A stretch of DNA of 64,000 bases, from the NCBI RefSeq assembly GCF_018977255.1, contig NW_024704742.1:94118001-94182000 (forward strand), in the 5' to 3' direction. The notes below the pieces were generated by a model. The model worked only from the letters and a program-made list of their open reading frames with translations, did not search any database and was not told the origin of the DNA. A program made the translations under genes and the position numbers. The DNA comes from Callorhinchus milii. Taxonomy: Eukaryota. Below, piece after piece: positions 38,550 to 51,544 of this stretch (the stretch's first letter is position 1; each line of letters opens with the position of its first letter).

Positions 38550-39110
38550 CTCCATTGCGCTGGGCGCTGAGTGCCATCCCCCCCACCCCCCACCCCGCCC
38601 TGTTCGGCATCAGCCTCCGACGCTGTTTAGCGCTCTGGGGCGCTGCCCCCGACGTGAAAGGCGCTACAGAAATGCAAGTTGTTGTTCCTTACAGTTCCAG
38701 TCTATCCAACGGATGAGTGGTGTGTAGCCGCTGGGGTGGGGTTACAATATTATGTAAAAGAAAACGCACACACACACAGCGCTCTCCTTACAGCAGAGCA
38801 GCAGCACACGGGGCAAGTGAGCGCCTGACGGGCGGAGAGCGAGTGGCGAGCGCGGCTCTCACCTCCCCCCGCGCCTCCCCCGACAGCCTTCCGCCCCCAC
38901 ACCGCGCAGCCCCGGGCCCCGGGACCTGGAGGAGGAGGAGGAGGAGAAGAAGAAGAAATAATCAGAAAGGAAATGAACTCGTAAACTCTCCCCCGAAGCA
39001 CGAAAAACGCGGCTTTGGTTTTTCTTGATCGATCGGATTTCAATACACAGTTATACACCGCAACACAACATATAGCGGCAGCCGAGCAGCGCTGTCACCC
39101 CAACCCCAAC
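38550..39110. promoter_or_regulatory. CpG-rich island segment
   Basis: Dense CpG and high GC relative to the CpG-poor flanks; the left part overlaps an L2 tail at ~38450-38690. Confidence 0.65.
38863..38925 (-). other. Candidate 5'UTR exon of the left gene
   Basis: Long polypyrimidine acceptor (ttc)n(tcc)n-cag and donor GAG|gtgaga; 63 nt. Confidence 0.55.
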
Positions 39111-39128
39111 CCCTCCCTCCCTCCCTCC

Positions 39129-39129
<1 letters not shown>

Positions 39130-39160
<31 letters not shown>

Positions 39161-40190
39161 GTGTCTCTGTGTCTTGTCTGTGTCTCTCTATGTGTGTCTC
39201 TGTGTCCATCTCTCTGTCTCTCTGTGTGTCTGTCTGTGTCTCTCTCTGTGTGTCTGTCTGTGTCTCTCTCTGTGTCTGTCTGTGTCTCTCTCTGTGTCTG
39301 TGTCTCTCTCTGTGTCTGTGTCTCTCTCTGTGTCTGTCTCTCTCTGTGTGTCTCTCTCTGTGTGTCTGTCTGTGTCTCTCTCTGTGTCTGTGTCTCTCTC
39401 TGTGTCTGTCTCTCTCTGTCTGTCTCTCTCTGTGTGTCTGTCTGTGTCTCTCTGTGTCTGTGTCTCTCTCTGTGTCTGTCTCTCTCTGTGTCTGTCTCTC
39501 TCTGTGTGTCTGTCTGTGTCTCTCTGTGTCTGTGTCTCTCTCTCTGTGTCTCTCTCTGTGTCTGTCTCTCTCTGTGTCTCTCTGTGTCTGTCTGTGTCTG
39601 TGTCTCTGTGTCTGTGTCTCTCTCTGTGTCTGTCTCTCTCTGTGTGTCTCTCTGTGTCTGTCTGTGTCTGTGTCTCTCTCTGTGTCTGTGTCTCTCTCTG
39701 TGTCTGTCTCTCTCTGTGTGTCTCTCTGTGTGTGTCTCTCTGTGTCTGTCTGTGTCTGTGTCTCTCTCTGTGTCTGTGTCTCTCTCTGTGTCTGTCTCTC
39801 TCTGTGTCTGTTTCTCTCTGTGTGTCTGTCTGTGTCTGTGTCTCTCTCTGTGTCTGTGTCTCTCTCTGTGTCTGTCTCTCTCTGTGTGTCTCTCTGTGTC
39901 TGTCTGTGTCTGTGTCTCTCTCTGTGTCTGTGTCTCTCTCTGTGTCTGTCTCTCTCTGTGTGTCTCTCTGTGTCTGTCTGTGTCTTTGTCTCTCTCTGTG
40001 TCTGTGTCTCTCTCTGTGTCTGTCTCTCTCTGTGTGTCTCTCTGTGTCTGTCTGTGTCTGTGTCTCTCTCTGTGTCTGTGTCTCTCTCTGTGTCTGTCTC
40101 TCTCTGTGTGTCTCTCTGTGTCTGTCTGTGTCTGTGTCTCTCTCTGTGTCTGTGTCTCTCTCTGTGTCTGTGTCTCTCTGTCTGTCTCAG
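39130..40190 (+). repeat. Compound (TC)n/(TG)n satellite, ~1 kb
   Basis: Almost entirely T/C/G in recurring TCTCTCTCTGTGTCTG-type units; explains the SLCV and RETQ ORFs. Confidence 0.97.
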
Positions 40191-40325
40191 ACTATTTGTC
40201 TCTGTGTCCCCGTCTCTCTCTATATATACACACACACTGATTATTCCTCTCCCCCTGTCCCGCTCTCTCTCTCTCTGTCCCCCCTCCTCACGGTCACCAC
40301 TCCCAGTGGCGAAGAGTCCTGACCT

Positions 40326-40932
40326 GCAACACCCCCCCCACCCCGGGACACAACACCCCCCCCCCCCCCACCCCCCCCCCCACCCCGGGACACAACACCC
40401 CCCCCCCCCCCCACCCCGGGACACAACACCCCCCCCCCACCCCGGACACAACACCCCCCCCCCCCACCCCGGGACACAACACCCCCCCCCCCCCACCCCG
40501 GGACACAACACCCCCCCCCCCACCCCGGGACACAACACCCCCCCCCACCCCGGGACACAACACCCCCCCCCCCCACCCCGGGACACAACACCCCCCCCAC
40601 CCCGGGACACAACACCCCCCCCCCCCCACCCCGGGACACAACACCCCCCCCCCCCCCCCCCCCCCCCCCACCCCGGGACACAACACCCCCCCCCCACCCC
40701 GGGACACAACACCCCCCCCCCCACCCCGGGACACAACACCCCCCCCCCCACCCCGGGACACAACACCCCCCCCCCACCCCGGGACACACCCCCCCCCCCC
40801 CACCCCGGGACACAACCCCCCCCCCCACCCCGGGACACAACACCCCCCCCCCACCCCGGGACACCCCCCCCACCCCGGGACACCCCCCCCCACCCCGGGA
40901 CACACCCCCCCCCCCCACCCCGGGACACAACA
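40326..40932 (+). repeat. Minisatellite CACCCCGGGACACAACA(C)n
   Basis: More than 20 units with a constant core and variable C run; G-run-rich on the minus strand. Confidence 0.97.
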
Positions 40933-40992
40933 CAGAGATGGCCAAAGCCCTGGACAACTAATCATCACCTTGTTTTTAAATAGATTTTTCTT

Positions 40993-41176
40993 CCACCCCC
41001 CAACCCCACCGCCCCCCACCCCCCCCCCACCCCCCCCCCACCCCACCGCCCCCCACCACCCCCCACCCCACCCCCCCAACCCACCGCCCCCCCACCCCCC
41101 CAACCCCACCCCCCCACCCCCCCCCCCCCCCCCACCCCCCAACCCCGCCCCCCCAACCCCAGCCCCCCCCCCCCCA
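40993..41176 (+). repeat. C-rich low-complexity tract
   Basis: Runs of C separated by A or AA. Confidence 0.9.
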
Positions 41177-41199
41177 CAAAAAAGACTTGTTATTTCCTC

Positions 41200-41760
41200 T
41201 TGCTGACTTGGACGCTTTCTTTGCGGAGTTGGTGTGTCTGTTTGCGGAGGAGTGCGGAGTCTCTCTCGGGTCTCTCTGTGGCTTTGCGGTCACTCGAGGA
41301 TCCCACACGCAGCAAACGATGTGGGGACCCACATCCTGACCGACCATCACCCGCTGCAGCTCATCCTCCCTGACACTCGCTGACACTCACACACACACAC
41401 ACACACTTACACACTCACTCACCCACTCACTCACATACTTACTTATATAATATTAAAAACTCTCCAAAAGATGAGGTGCTGCCACTGTGCGCTCCTCCTG
41501 TCGGGAGTCTCTGGTTAATTCAACGTCTCTCTCTTTCTCTTTCTCTCTCTCTCCAGTTGGTGTGGTACCGCCCTCCCTCTCTCCCTCCCTCCCCTCCTGT
41601 GTGTGTGTGTGTAGGGTGGAGGGAGGGAGGGAGGGGGTGGGTGGGAGTTGCGGAATGTGAACGTGAACCTGGTCCCAGCATTGCTCGCTCGGCCACCGCA
41701 AAAAGCCGGACTAGTCCTGCAAACATGAGTGCAGCACAGCCCCGGATAACCGCACACTCA
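41200..41760 (-). promoter_or_regulatory. Probable promoter / first exon region of the left gene
   Basis: CpG-rich unique sequence; strong minus-strand donor AA|gtaagt after 41443; flanked by (CA)n. Confidence 0.5.
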
Positions 41761-42099
41761 CTCACTCACACTCACACACACACACACACACACAGGGGGG
41801 AGGGCTCGTGCTCAGTTAATGCAAACATCCACTCACTCACTCACTCCCAAACGCACACCGAATACTTTCACGCTCTTCCTTCCATCCACAACCCACTTAC
41901 CCAAACCAGGACACCTGAAACCTGACACCAACTTCCTTCTCACTTCATTCCGTTAATTCCTTTTTTTATATATCTATATCTATATATCTATATATATATC
42001 TATATACCCCGCGCCCGGGTGATATGGTCTGGTGTGGGATGACAGGGTTAGCAAACCAGACAACTAACAACCTAACACTTCATTTCTGTCCTCCTCCCT

Positions 42100-43845
42100 C
42101 GCTCCCCTCTGTCCCCTCACCCTCCCTCTCTCTGTGTCCCCTCACCCTCCCTCTCTCTGTGTCCCCTCACCCTCCCTCTCTCTGTGTCCCCTCACCCTCC
42201 CTCTCTCTGTGTCCCCTCACCCTCCCTCTCTCTGTGTCCCCTCACCCTCCCTCTCTCTGTGTCCCCTCACCCTCCCTCTCTCTGTGTCCCCTCACCCTCC
42301 CGCTCTCTGTGTCCCCTCACCCTCCCTCTCTCTGTGTCCCCTCACCCTCCCGCTCTCTGTGTCCCCTCACCCTCCCGCTCTCTGTGTCCCCTCACCCTCC
42401 CGCTCTCTGTGTCCCTCACCCTCCCTCTCTCTGTGTCCCCTCACCCTCCCTCTCTGTGTCCCCTCACCCTCCCGCTCTCTGTGTCCCCTCACCCTCCCGC
42501 TCTCTGTGTCCCCTCACCCTCCCGCTCTCTGTGTCCCCTCACCCTCCCGCTCTCTGTGTCCCCTCACCCTCCCGCTCTCTGTGTCCCCTCACCCTCCCGC
42601 TCTCTGTGTCCCCTCACCCTCCCGCTCTCTGTGTCCCCTCACCCTCCCGCTCTCTGTGTCCCCTCACCCTCCCGCTCTCTGTGTCCCCTCACCCTCCCGC
42701 TCTCTGTGTCCCCTCACCCTCCCGCTCTCTGTGTCCCCTCACCCTCCCGCTCTCTGTGTCCCCTCACCCTCCCTCTCTCTGTGTCCCCTCACCCTCCCTC
42801 TCTCTGTGTCCCCTCACCCTCCCTCTCTCTGTGTCCCCTCACCCTCCCTCTCTCTGTGTCCCCTCACCCTCCCTCTCTCTGTGTCCCCTCACCCTCCCTC
42901 TCTCTGTGTCCCCTCACCCTCCCTCTCTCTGTGTCCCCTCACCCTCCCTCTCTCTGTGTCCCCTCACCCTCTTTCTGTGTCCCCTCACCTCCCCCACCCC
43001 ACCTGTGTCCCCTCACCCTCTCTCTGTGTCCCCTCACCTCCCCCACCCCACCCGTGTCCCCTCACCCTCTGTGTCCCCTCACCTCCCCCACCCCACCTGT
43101 GTCTCCTCACCCTCTCTCTGTGTCCCCTCACCTCCCCCACCCCATCTGTGTCCCCTCACCCTCTGTGTCCCCTCACCTCCCCCACCCCACCTGTGTCTCC
43201 TCACCCTCTCTCTGTGTCCCCTCACCTCCCCCACCCCATCTGTGTCCCCTCACCCTCTCTCTGTGTCCCCTCACCTCCCCCACCCCACCTGTGTCCCCTC
43301 ACCTCCCCACCCCATATGTGTCCCTTCACCTCCCCCTTCCCACCTGTGTCCCCTCACCCTCTCTCTGTGTCCCCTCACCTCCCCCACCCCATCTGTGTCC
43401 CCTCACCCTCTCTCTGTGTCCCCTCACCTCCCCCACCCCATCTGTGTCCCCTCACCCTCTCTCTGTGTCCCCTCACCTCCCCCACCCCATCTGTGTCCCC
43501 TCACCCTCTCTCCGTGTCCCCTCACCTCCCCCACCCCATCTGTGTCCCTTCACCCTCTCTGCTCTTCGCCTTCTCTCTGTGTCCTCTCACCCTCTCTATC
43601 CTCCTCCCCTCTCTCTCTGTCTCCTCCCCTCTCTCTGTCCTCTCACCCTCTCTATCCTCCTCCCCTCTCTATCCTCCTCCCCTCTCTCTGTCCCCTCACC
43701 CTCTCTCTATCCTCCTCCCCTCTCTCTCTCTCTGTCCCCTCAACCTTTCTCTGATCTTCAACCCTTCTCTCTCTCTGTCCCCTCAACCTTTCTCTGATCT
43801 TCACCCTCCCCCTCTCTCTCTCTGTCCCCTCAATCTCTGTCTCTG
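42100..43845 (+). repeat. 25-bp minisatellite TCTGTGTCCCCTCACCCTCCC(T/G)CTC grading into a higher-order unit and then a degenerate array
   Basis: Direct reading; explains the three ~540-580 aa P/S/L/C-rich ORFs. Confidence 0.97.
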
Positions 43846-45741
43846 GTTGCAGAATCCAGGTCGAATTTCTCCCCCATAATGTGACACAATAGCTTTACAT
43901 TATTCTCTTAGCATGAGATGGAATAAAACAAAACTGATACCCAGCCACTGGATGGGATTTTATAAAGATAGTGAATTCAGATTTGATAATAAGCTATCAA
44001 TTTTACTTTGATCTCCCAAAACACGGCATAAGAAGCGTGTGGGTCTGTCAAACTGATAATTCTACATATGTACTTGTCTGTACATATGTACACACTTAAA
44101 AATGGCACTCCATGATGAGTGTATAAGTATTCCCCCCCACCCTCACATTATGAAACAGCATATGACTGATGCATTGGGAGAAGACTCAAGAAGCAATTTT
44201 ATTACAGAGTCAGATTCCACCTGTTGAAATTCATTTGGACTTTCATGATCCGTCTTCTCCATTACCACATCCTTCCCTCGCTTGGTGGCCTCCTTTTAAT
44301 TCTCTCTTGTTTGGCCTCAAATTTTCTTTCTTTCTCTTTCAGCTTTTATCTCCCTTGTCCTGTTGGCCTCTCTGTCTTTCTTAATACTCTCCACTTTATG
44401 GACTTCTCGATGTATTCCACTAACCCTGCAAAGCTTCCAATATCCCTTCTAACCAAACTTATACACTAGTAGACTGAGCACATCAAATACCTTCAATATT
44501 TTAAGTGAACACCCAAGAAGGGAAGCAACCATAAAGCCATCCATATCAGGAAGATATTACCAACAAACAAACCCCAAAGATGAGCACATCCATCCAGCAT
44601 TAAACCTGAATGACGTCCACACAGTCCATTGCTCCCCAGTCAGGAATGGATGATTTGATAAATTGGCTGAATTCAGATACTTTACACTAGCAAAAGTGGC
44701 ACATTTACTGTACAGATTGAAGCAAGAAGGATCAGTTTCCTTCAGCGCAGCTTACGGCAGTAAATTTGGAAACGGTCTAATATTTTGTGCTTCTTTGAAG
44801 TGTTGGATTATTTAACAATTATCTAACAAAAATTACAAGGAGCTGAAACATAATTTTATACAGTAAACCTCACATAAATCATATCAGTTGGGATCATATA
44901 TTTAATATGACTTATGCAACGTATGAGTTATGTCAAACTTGCATAGAATATAAACTCTTGAACGGGACTTATACAATTATACAATTTATACAGATCAGAC
45001 TTATGTGAGTTTTACTGCACTTAACACACGTTAAAAGGTGTCAGAGATGATAGCAAGTTACTTTTGAGGAGTGACTAGAGTTAGCTCACGTAAACACCGT
45101 TTCCATACCAGGTGCTGCGCCCATTGTCACCTCTGTGAATCAGCAAGCTGAGGGAAGTGGGTTGAGGTTTGAACTACCGAACTCTTATCGAGAAGTCACG
45201 CTTTCGCTCATCTGGACTATCTGTTTCTCAAGGTTTTGAAGCAGTGTAAAAATAAGCATCAACAACATGTGATAAAAATAGCAAATGCGTGCATAAGATT
45301 GTAACACTAAAAAGATCGTCAGCACATTGAGACTTATCAATTCTTAATTACAGGAACAAATTAAGGTATTCAAATTGATTTCTCTGAGTAAATCAAGATT
45401 CATCTGAATATTGCAACTATATTTATCTGAATAACTAATTGAGATAAAAAAATGAAATGTTTGTAGCATATTGCACATGCATCAGTGGTAAATCGCAGCT
45501 CAGTATACTTGTTTTGACTTTGTATGTGTGGTATAAGCCTTCAGCTCGGGAAACGGCAGCTACAATTCTTCCCTCAGGCTGACAGTACTGACAGCCTTGG
45601 TCCATGGTTCAATCACCGTGCAATTTATACACAGTGGCAAGAAAATGATAATCTAAATAAACAAAAAATTCACAATTCTATTGCAAAATTATAGCATGAT
45701 TATTTGCGAGTGAGTAATTCAATAAGTATACTCAGATGATA

Positions 45742-46475
45742 TTATTAATAATCCTTGCATTTGTTATAGCACCTTATCACGTCACCGAGGTATCTTAAAG
45801 CGCTTCACAAGAAATACTGTAAAGTGGATTGACTCTGTGTTTTTGTAGGCGAACCAAGATGGCCAGTTTTGCACACAGCAACAACAACAACAAGATTCCA
45901 TTTATAGAGTGCCTTTCACGTCAGGAGGACGTCCCAAGGCGCTGTACAGTTCGGTCAGGACCCGAGCAGGGGGGAAATGGTCAGGGTGAGGGGAGGGAAG
46001 GGAGGGAGCGAGGAGGGGGCAGAAAGTCGAGAGGGGAGCTGAAGGCACGGTCAAAGAGACCGGCCTTGAAGGAGGAAAGGGAGGAGGTGGCGAAGGCACT
46101 GGGGGATAGAGTTCCAAAGCCTAGGGGCTGAGAGGCTGAAGGCCCAGCCACCGATGGTAGGGCGGTTGGGGCGGGGGATGTGGAGCAGCCATGGAGTGAA
46201 TGACCAATTCTATTTGGGCGACCTGTTGGCTAGGACACTGGGAGAAACTTCCTTCTCTTTTCGAACAGTGCAATGGGATCTTTAACATCCACCTGAACAG
46301 GCAGACGTGACCTCGGTTTAAAGTCTCATCCGAAGGACAGCACCTTCAACAATGCAACATACCCCCAGCACTGCATTGGAGTGTCAGTTTAGACTATGTG
46401 ATTCCAAAGTCCCGATGTGGGCTTTAACCCACAACTTTCTGACTCAGCAGTGAGAACGCTAACAACTGGCACAGC
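45742..46475 (-). mobile_element. Deu-domain SINE interrupted by an L2 3' fragment (~45879-46190)
   Basis: SINE tail at 45742-45878, then the L2 (AAC)n tail and ORF end, then Deu core gggatctttaacatccacctgaacaggcagac...ctcatccgaaggacagcacc and a tRNA head. Confidence 0.85.
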
Positions 46476-49198
46476 ATTGGTTTAATCATCCCGTGTAAAC
46501 TGTTCAACATTATAACTCACTCCCAGATGATTTTTATTATTCTCTGTGTAATGTATTTTGTATTGTTTTCATTGAAAGAAATTATCAAAATCTATGGGAG
46601 TGGTGGGAGAGAGGTGGGTGAACAGTCCACCTGGTGCTTAGGTTTAAATTCAAGCTCAACTTTCATTCAGGTATTGATGTTTTCTGTGGTTGAGTTTTAT
46701 TAGTTCTCATTTGGACTGTTGTATGGAATGTCTCATCGTCTCCTTTATCTTAAGGGTAGAAAACGTGACTGGACAGATATATTCCATTCCGCTCCTCCCT
46801 CTGAAAGTCTCCTTTCACCTACAATCCTGCACAATTGACAGCCTCTAGAGAAAGCTCTTCAGCTCCCCCTCCAACTGGGAGAGTGGAAGTCGCGAGAGAG
46901 AAGGGATTAAATTGGGGTAAGATTTTCAAAATGTGATGCTTTAATGAGAACTATGCTTTCAATGTAACTTACCAATAGAGCCACCATTTGTCTGTTAACA
47001 TTGCACTGTGTCTACATCTTCATCATATTAATATTTAACTGGCAAAGCAATTAATGGTTAAAGTGTAAGAAACAAAATCCCTAAAATAAAGTTCTTAACT
47101 GTTTCAGATTTGGGAGCTACAGTCTGTACCTGCAAAGACCTCACAGATGATCCTGTAAGCAGTGTAGGGAAGCCATAAAGCCCTCTTACCCCCTGTTACA
47201 AAACAGTGATACAAGATTGTGGTGGCGCTGAAACAAGTTGTCAGTGATGCATTTCACCTCATCACTCCATCGTGTTATGGAAGATGTTGCACTGAACATG
47301 GCGACGAATCATTACCTGCCATGAAAATGATGGAGCTCACACCAATACGCTGGACAACTAAATACAGTTAAACACTTGTACTGAATACAATTAAGTACTT
47401 CTAAACACAATTGTCACCATTCTTCTGCATATTTCAGTTGTTGGTCAGTGCACTATAGAGAGAGAATAAATGGAGTAACAGGACTTTGTGTACTGTACAG
47501 TATATGATTTGTTTTTAACTGTATCAACCCTTGCAGAGTAAAGTACTAGATTGGTGTGGGCTCATGCTGTAGCAGAATCTAAAAATGGACCACTTTACAA
47601 CACTTTTCTGACTCACATAATTAATAGTGTTTACTCACTGCTACTGGAACATGTATACAATGTAAAACAACAAAACTGGATAGATTACAATGGCTCTTTA
47701 CTCAGAACATTACTGGGTGATGCTTAGGATTCCAGGCAATGGTGAAAGTTCACTGCATGGATCAGTGAGGTCAAACCTCCATTCCTTCAGGCAGGACTGC
47801 AGATTCCTGGTGGCACACATGGTTTCTGAGCAGGACTGCAGATGTTTCAAAGACTGTATTAATCCTGTAGTCATCACCTCTGCAAAATCTTACGAATGAA
47901 GCCATCTCAAGACTTCTGAGGTACCTCATACCTCAGGTTTATCAGAATACCACTTTGCAGAGAATGTTTTCCCTGACATAACTTTCAAACGTTATACAAC
48001 AGTAAATCGGATATTTAATAAAATAAAAAACAAGCATTGTATACATCAATGGGGTCAAAATTGTGTATTCCTAATCAGCAACTGGGAACTAACTGGAAGA
48101 TTTCAACAAGGTCTCTGTTGCAGTTTGCAAGCATGCAACATTTTCTTACTTGGTTTATTCACGGGATAATGCTCTATCTCAGACTGACCTAGAGGTCGGC
48201 CTTTTGTTTTGGAGTGGGGGAGATCATCAGGTCCCCGTCTATGTCACTTCTTTCTCAAATGTAGGTAGTGATATCCGTGATTACCTACTGACTTGAGGTT
48301 GGCCATCTTTAAGTTCAAGAGCCATGGTAGGGTGCAGAAGGAAGTCAATTGCCTGTGCACACACGTAATGATTGGGCATCCTCAATCTAATTCATACTAT
48401 AACCAACCTGTCTTATAACAAACATATTATAATGGGTTTCTACTGTATCTCACCTCTTTGAAAACAAGACTGGGAGTTCTTCTTGTGTTCTTGTCAATAT
48501 TCCTCCCTCATCAATATTTGCCACAATATAGATTCCATCGTAATAATCCTTGCATTTGATATAGCACTTTACACATTGGGAGCATGTTTTAAAGCACTTC
48601 CCTTGTCTTTACTGTAAAATATAGTGTATTTGTAGGCAAACATAGCCACCATTTTTTCCAGGAAACTCCCTTCTAACTTAAATTGTGTCCCATTGGATTT
48701 TTGATGTGCACCTGAACAGGTAGATTACGATTTGGTCACCCTAAGTGTCACCCTTGAGTTCAAAGGCAAGATTTTTCTCTACTTCAACTCCATGGTTAGG
48801 CCATAAAGGTATATTGACAATTGCTTCACTGTTAACATTCTTAGCTGTGGTATGTACAGTATTTTGTTTGTACTACAATCAGTGCACGGTTAATATGTAT
48901 TAGCTTTAAGAAGGAAAATATGCTTAAAGTTTAGAAAACAGTAGAGCGAGTTTTACATCACCAATCTATGCCACAGCTAAACAGATAATTTAGGCAAAAT
49001 GACATCTTATTCAGAGAAGCAGTCTAAAGTGGTTTTCAGAATAATATTTGATGAAAATTATTATTTTTTCATTGGAAAGATACGTACCCTTTTTGTCTTC
49101 CAAGGTCTTCTCCTAAATCTTTTCTCATAAGCTGTACATCCCTCCCACCTGACCAGCCTTTTGAAGATCCCATTCATTGTCCCTCTACCTCAGGTAGC

Positions 49199-49820
49199 AC
49201 ACTCAACCCTGAAAGGAACCACCCTGCTTACCCAATTATGGAGTATATTAAGCACAGGATGGCACGATGCTGCATGACTATGCGTGACTATTTATTTAGA
49301 GTCTGGTAAGCTTCCCGCTGCTTGTCCAATTAGGTAGCGAGGTGCCTGACATTTCCTTCATTCCTCCCCAAGGGGGTGTAATTGAGATCAAGTGTTCAAC
49401 AGTGTGGGAGATTGAACCTGTAACACAGTTGTTTGCTGCAAGGTGGTACACTGTTTTCTTTTGGTCAGTTGGGTGTTTGACACATGTGAAAGCCCACTAC
49501 CATGCTTAAGAGTATCTGAGGTAGACTGAGAGTTCCATCTAATTCATTGTATCTGGAATGAAATACACACTCAACCCTGAAAGGATCCACCCTGCTTACA
49601 AAATTATGGAGTATATTAAGCACAGGATGGCACAATGCTGTAAGGTGGTGTGTAACTATTTATTTGGGTCAGCCGGGTGTCTGACACATGTGGAGTACTG
49701 TCTGGTAAGCTTACCGCTGCTTGTCCAATTAGGACCACCTTACCCATTAGGGCTATGGGTTGCAGGGTTCACAGGACCTGAGGAGGAAGAATCCCTGCTC
49801 CAGTGACCAGCCTGTGCCTC
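49199..49820 (+). repeat. Unclassified interspersed repeat, internally duplicated copy
   Basis: 49199-49335 is repeated at 49566-49735; shares aagctt.ccgctgcttgtcca...ttgcagggtt.acagga.ctgag with the copy at 59360-59460. Confidence 0.7.
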
Positions 49821-50005
49821 CAAGTTCTGGCACTGATCAGTTCTGGCTTCTCTGGCATCAGCAGTGCATGACTTGTCACTTGTCATTGAAGCAATAATCA
49901 TCTGAATGAGCACCTACATGAGTTAACAGGTTATGTTGTATGAATGGAGCATTTGTACTGTATTTTGTTTGCTTTGATTTATTGCCATGGATATGAAAAA
50001 ACAAA

Positions 50006-50060
50006 TACCTTCCTCAACCTTTGCAACTGAGTTGTCAGAACAATCAGTATACCACTAAAA
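50006..50060 (-). other. Possible small exon (46 nt), frame unresolved
   Basis: Acceptor ctgcaatttttag and donor AAG|gtattt; coordinates include the splice dinucleotides approximately. Confidence 0.2.
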
Positions 50061-50493
50061 ATTGCAGGAATTGAAGTAAATCAGTCCACATATTTGAAAT
50101 TATTTTCCCATTTAAATTCTGTTTCTGTATTAAGCAATTAATTAGAATTAATCCTCAAAAAACTGTATTTTAACTACGGGAGTAAAAAGGGTGTTCCGTC
50201 AAATCCCAAAACGTTGTTCCTTGCAGATGATACAGTAAATAACTCAATTAAGAAAAGCCTATGGTAATATTTGCAAGCAAACGGTCATTGTATTTGATAG
50301 TTTTTGTCGAATTGTATTTTAAGTTTATTTTCCTGTTCAGAATCATTTGTTAATGGTCTTTGTGAAAAATAATGCTGTTTAGTACAGAGGCCATTATTTG
50401 CTCCTAAAGCAGGATATAGTTTACTTGTGATATAAACAAAATCTCACATGAATCGTTCAAAAATTAGCTTTTGATAAACCAATTTAAAGGAGA

Positions 50494-50812
50494 TAATAAT
50501 AATAATAATCCTTGCATTTGATATAGCGCTTTTCATGCCTTCTCGACGTCTCAAAGCTCTTCACAGAAAATGCTGTAAAGTGAATTGACTGTATATTTGT
50601 GGGCGAATTGCAGCAGCCAATTGCGCACAGCAGTGTCCCACAAATAATCGTGGATTGAAAATGACCAATTTATTATTGTTTTGTTTTTTGGAGGGATTAA
50701 TATTAGGCATGTGGTGTAAGGAAATTTGCTCAAGGTTTCACCCTGCCTGGAATTGAATCCAGGTGTCTTGCTTGCAAGGCAAGTGCTCTAACCACTGAGC
50801 TACAGGACTCCA
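50494..50812 (-). mobile_element. tRNA-headed, L2-tailed SINE (short form)
   Basis: Full head to (ATT)n tail, homologous to the copy at 33960. Confidence 0.9.
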
Positions 50813-50994
50813 CCTAACCACTGAGCTACAGATCTGTGATAGACGACACACAGAAATTCATATACACACACACACACACACACAAAGAAAAGAGGAGGTA
50901 TGAATATTGCACAAGCACAGATTCCAACACTTGGGACACTTAAATAGTTTATTTAGAGAGAACTGATCTTAGGAGCTCAAATGGAAAAAATTAC

Positions 50995-51051
50995 CTTCGG
51001 AAGCCCTGCAACATCCAGCCAGTCTCGATAAACAGCATCTGAAGATAGTCC
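50995..51051 (-). CDS. Candidate exon of the right gene (GLSSDAVYRDWLDVAGLPK in phase 0)
   Basis: Acceptor ttgttcacaatagtcag, donor AAG|gtaatt, 57 nt; a second frame is also open. Confidence 0.3.
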
Positions 51052-51544
51052 CTGACTATTGTGAACAAAAACATATACACCTTAGTAAAGTGCTAATCTC
51101 TGTGAATAAGTTATCCTTTAACACACTGTCAAAAATAAGTTCTATTAAATTCTATTATGGAGGATGAGAATTACTTTGCTCACTTCCTAAACAATCACAC
51201 CAACCTGCACTGAACATAATCTCCAGTGAAAAACAGTAAACTTTTTCCTACTTACGTTTTTAGATGTGGAAAATTCTCCATGAGCATGTGCAGAAAATCC
51301 TATTTTTAGGAAAAACAAAAGTGAACTAAGATTTAGAATCTCACAGCTACTATACTGTGAAGAAGAAACAGGACCTTACTGAAATGCTGTCAACGCAGCT
51401 TAATTTTGGAACAGATGCATCTGCTTTAGCTCAAGTGCATTTTGTTCTCAATGTAATCAGTGAGACCTAATACTTTTCTTTTTTCCACTGAGTTTCTCTC
51501 CATGTTTCCAAGAAAGCGTTTTTTTTCCCCTGAGTTTCCCCAAA

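Noticed and set aside
40326..40932. CRISPR-like array of constant repeats
   Set aside because: The spacers are only poly-C of variable length; no cas genes; eukaryotic context
40976..41386. ORF with GQDVGPHIVCCVWD resembling an EML WD repeat
   Set aside because: Short chance match; the frame runs into a poly-G tract and no other EML exons were found
39015..43879. Long ORFs of 238-625 aa
   Set aside because: Translations of stop-free tandem repeats, open in several frames and on both strands
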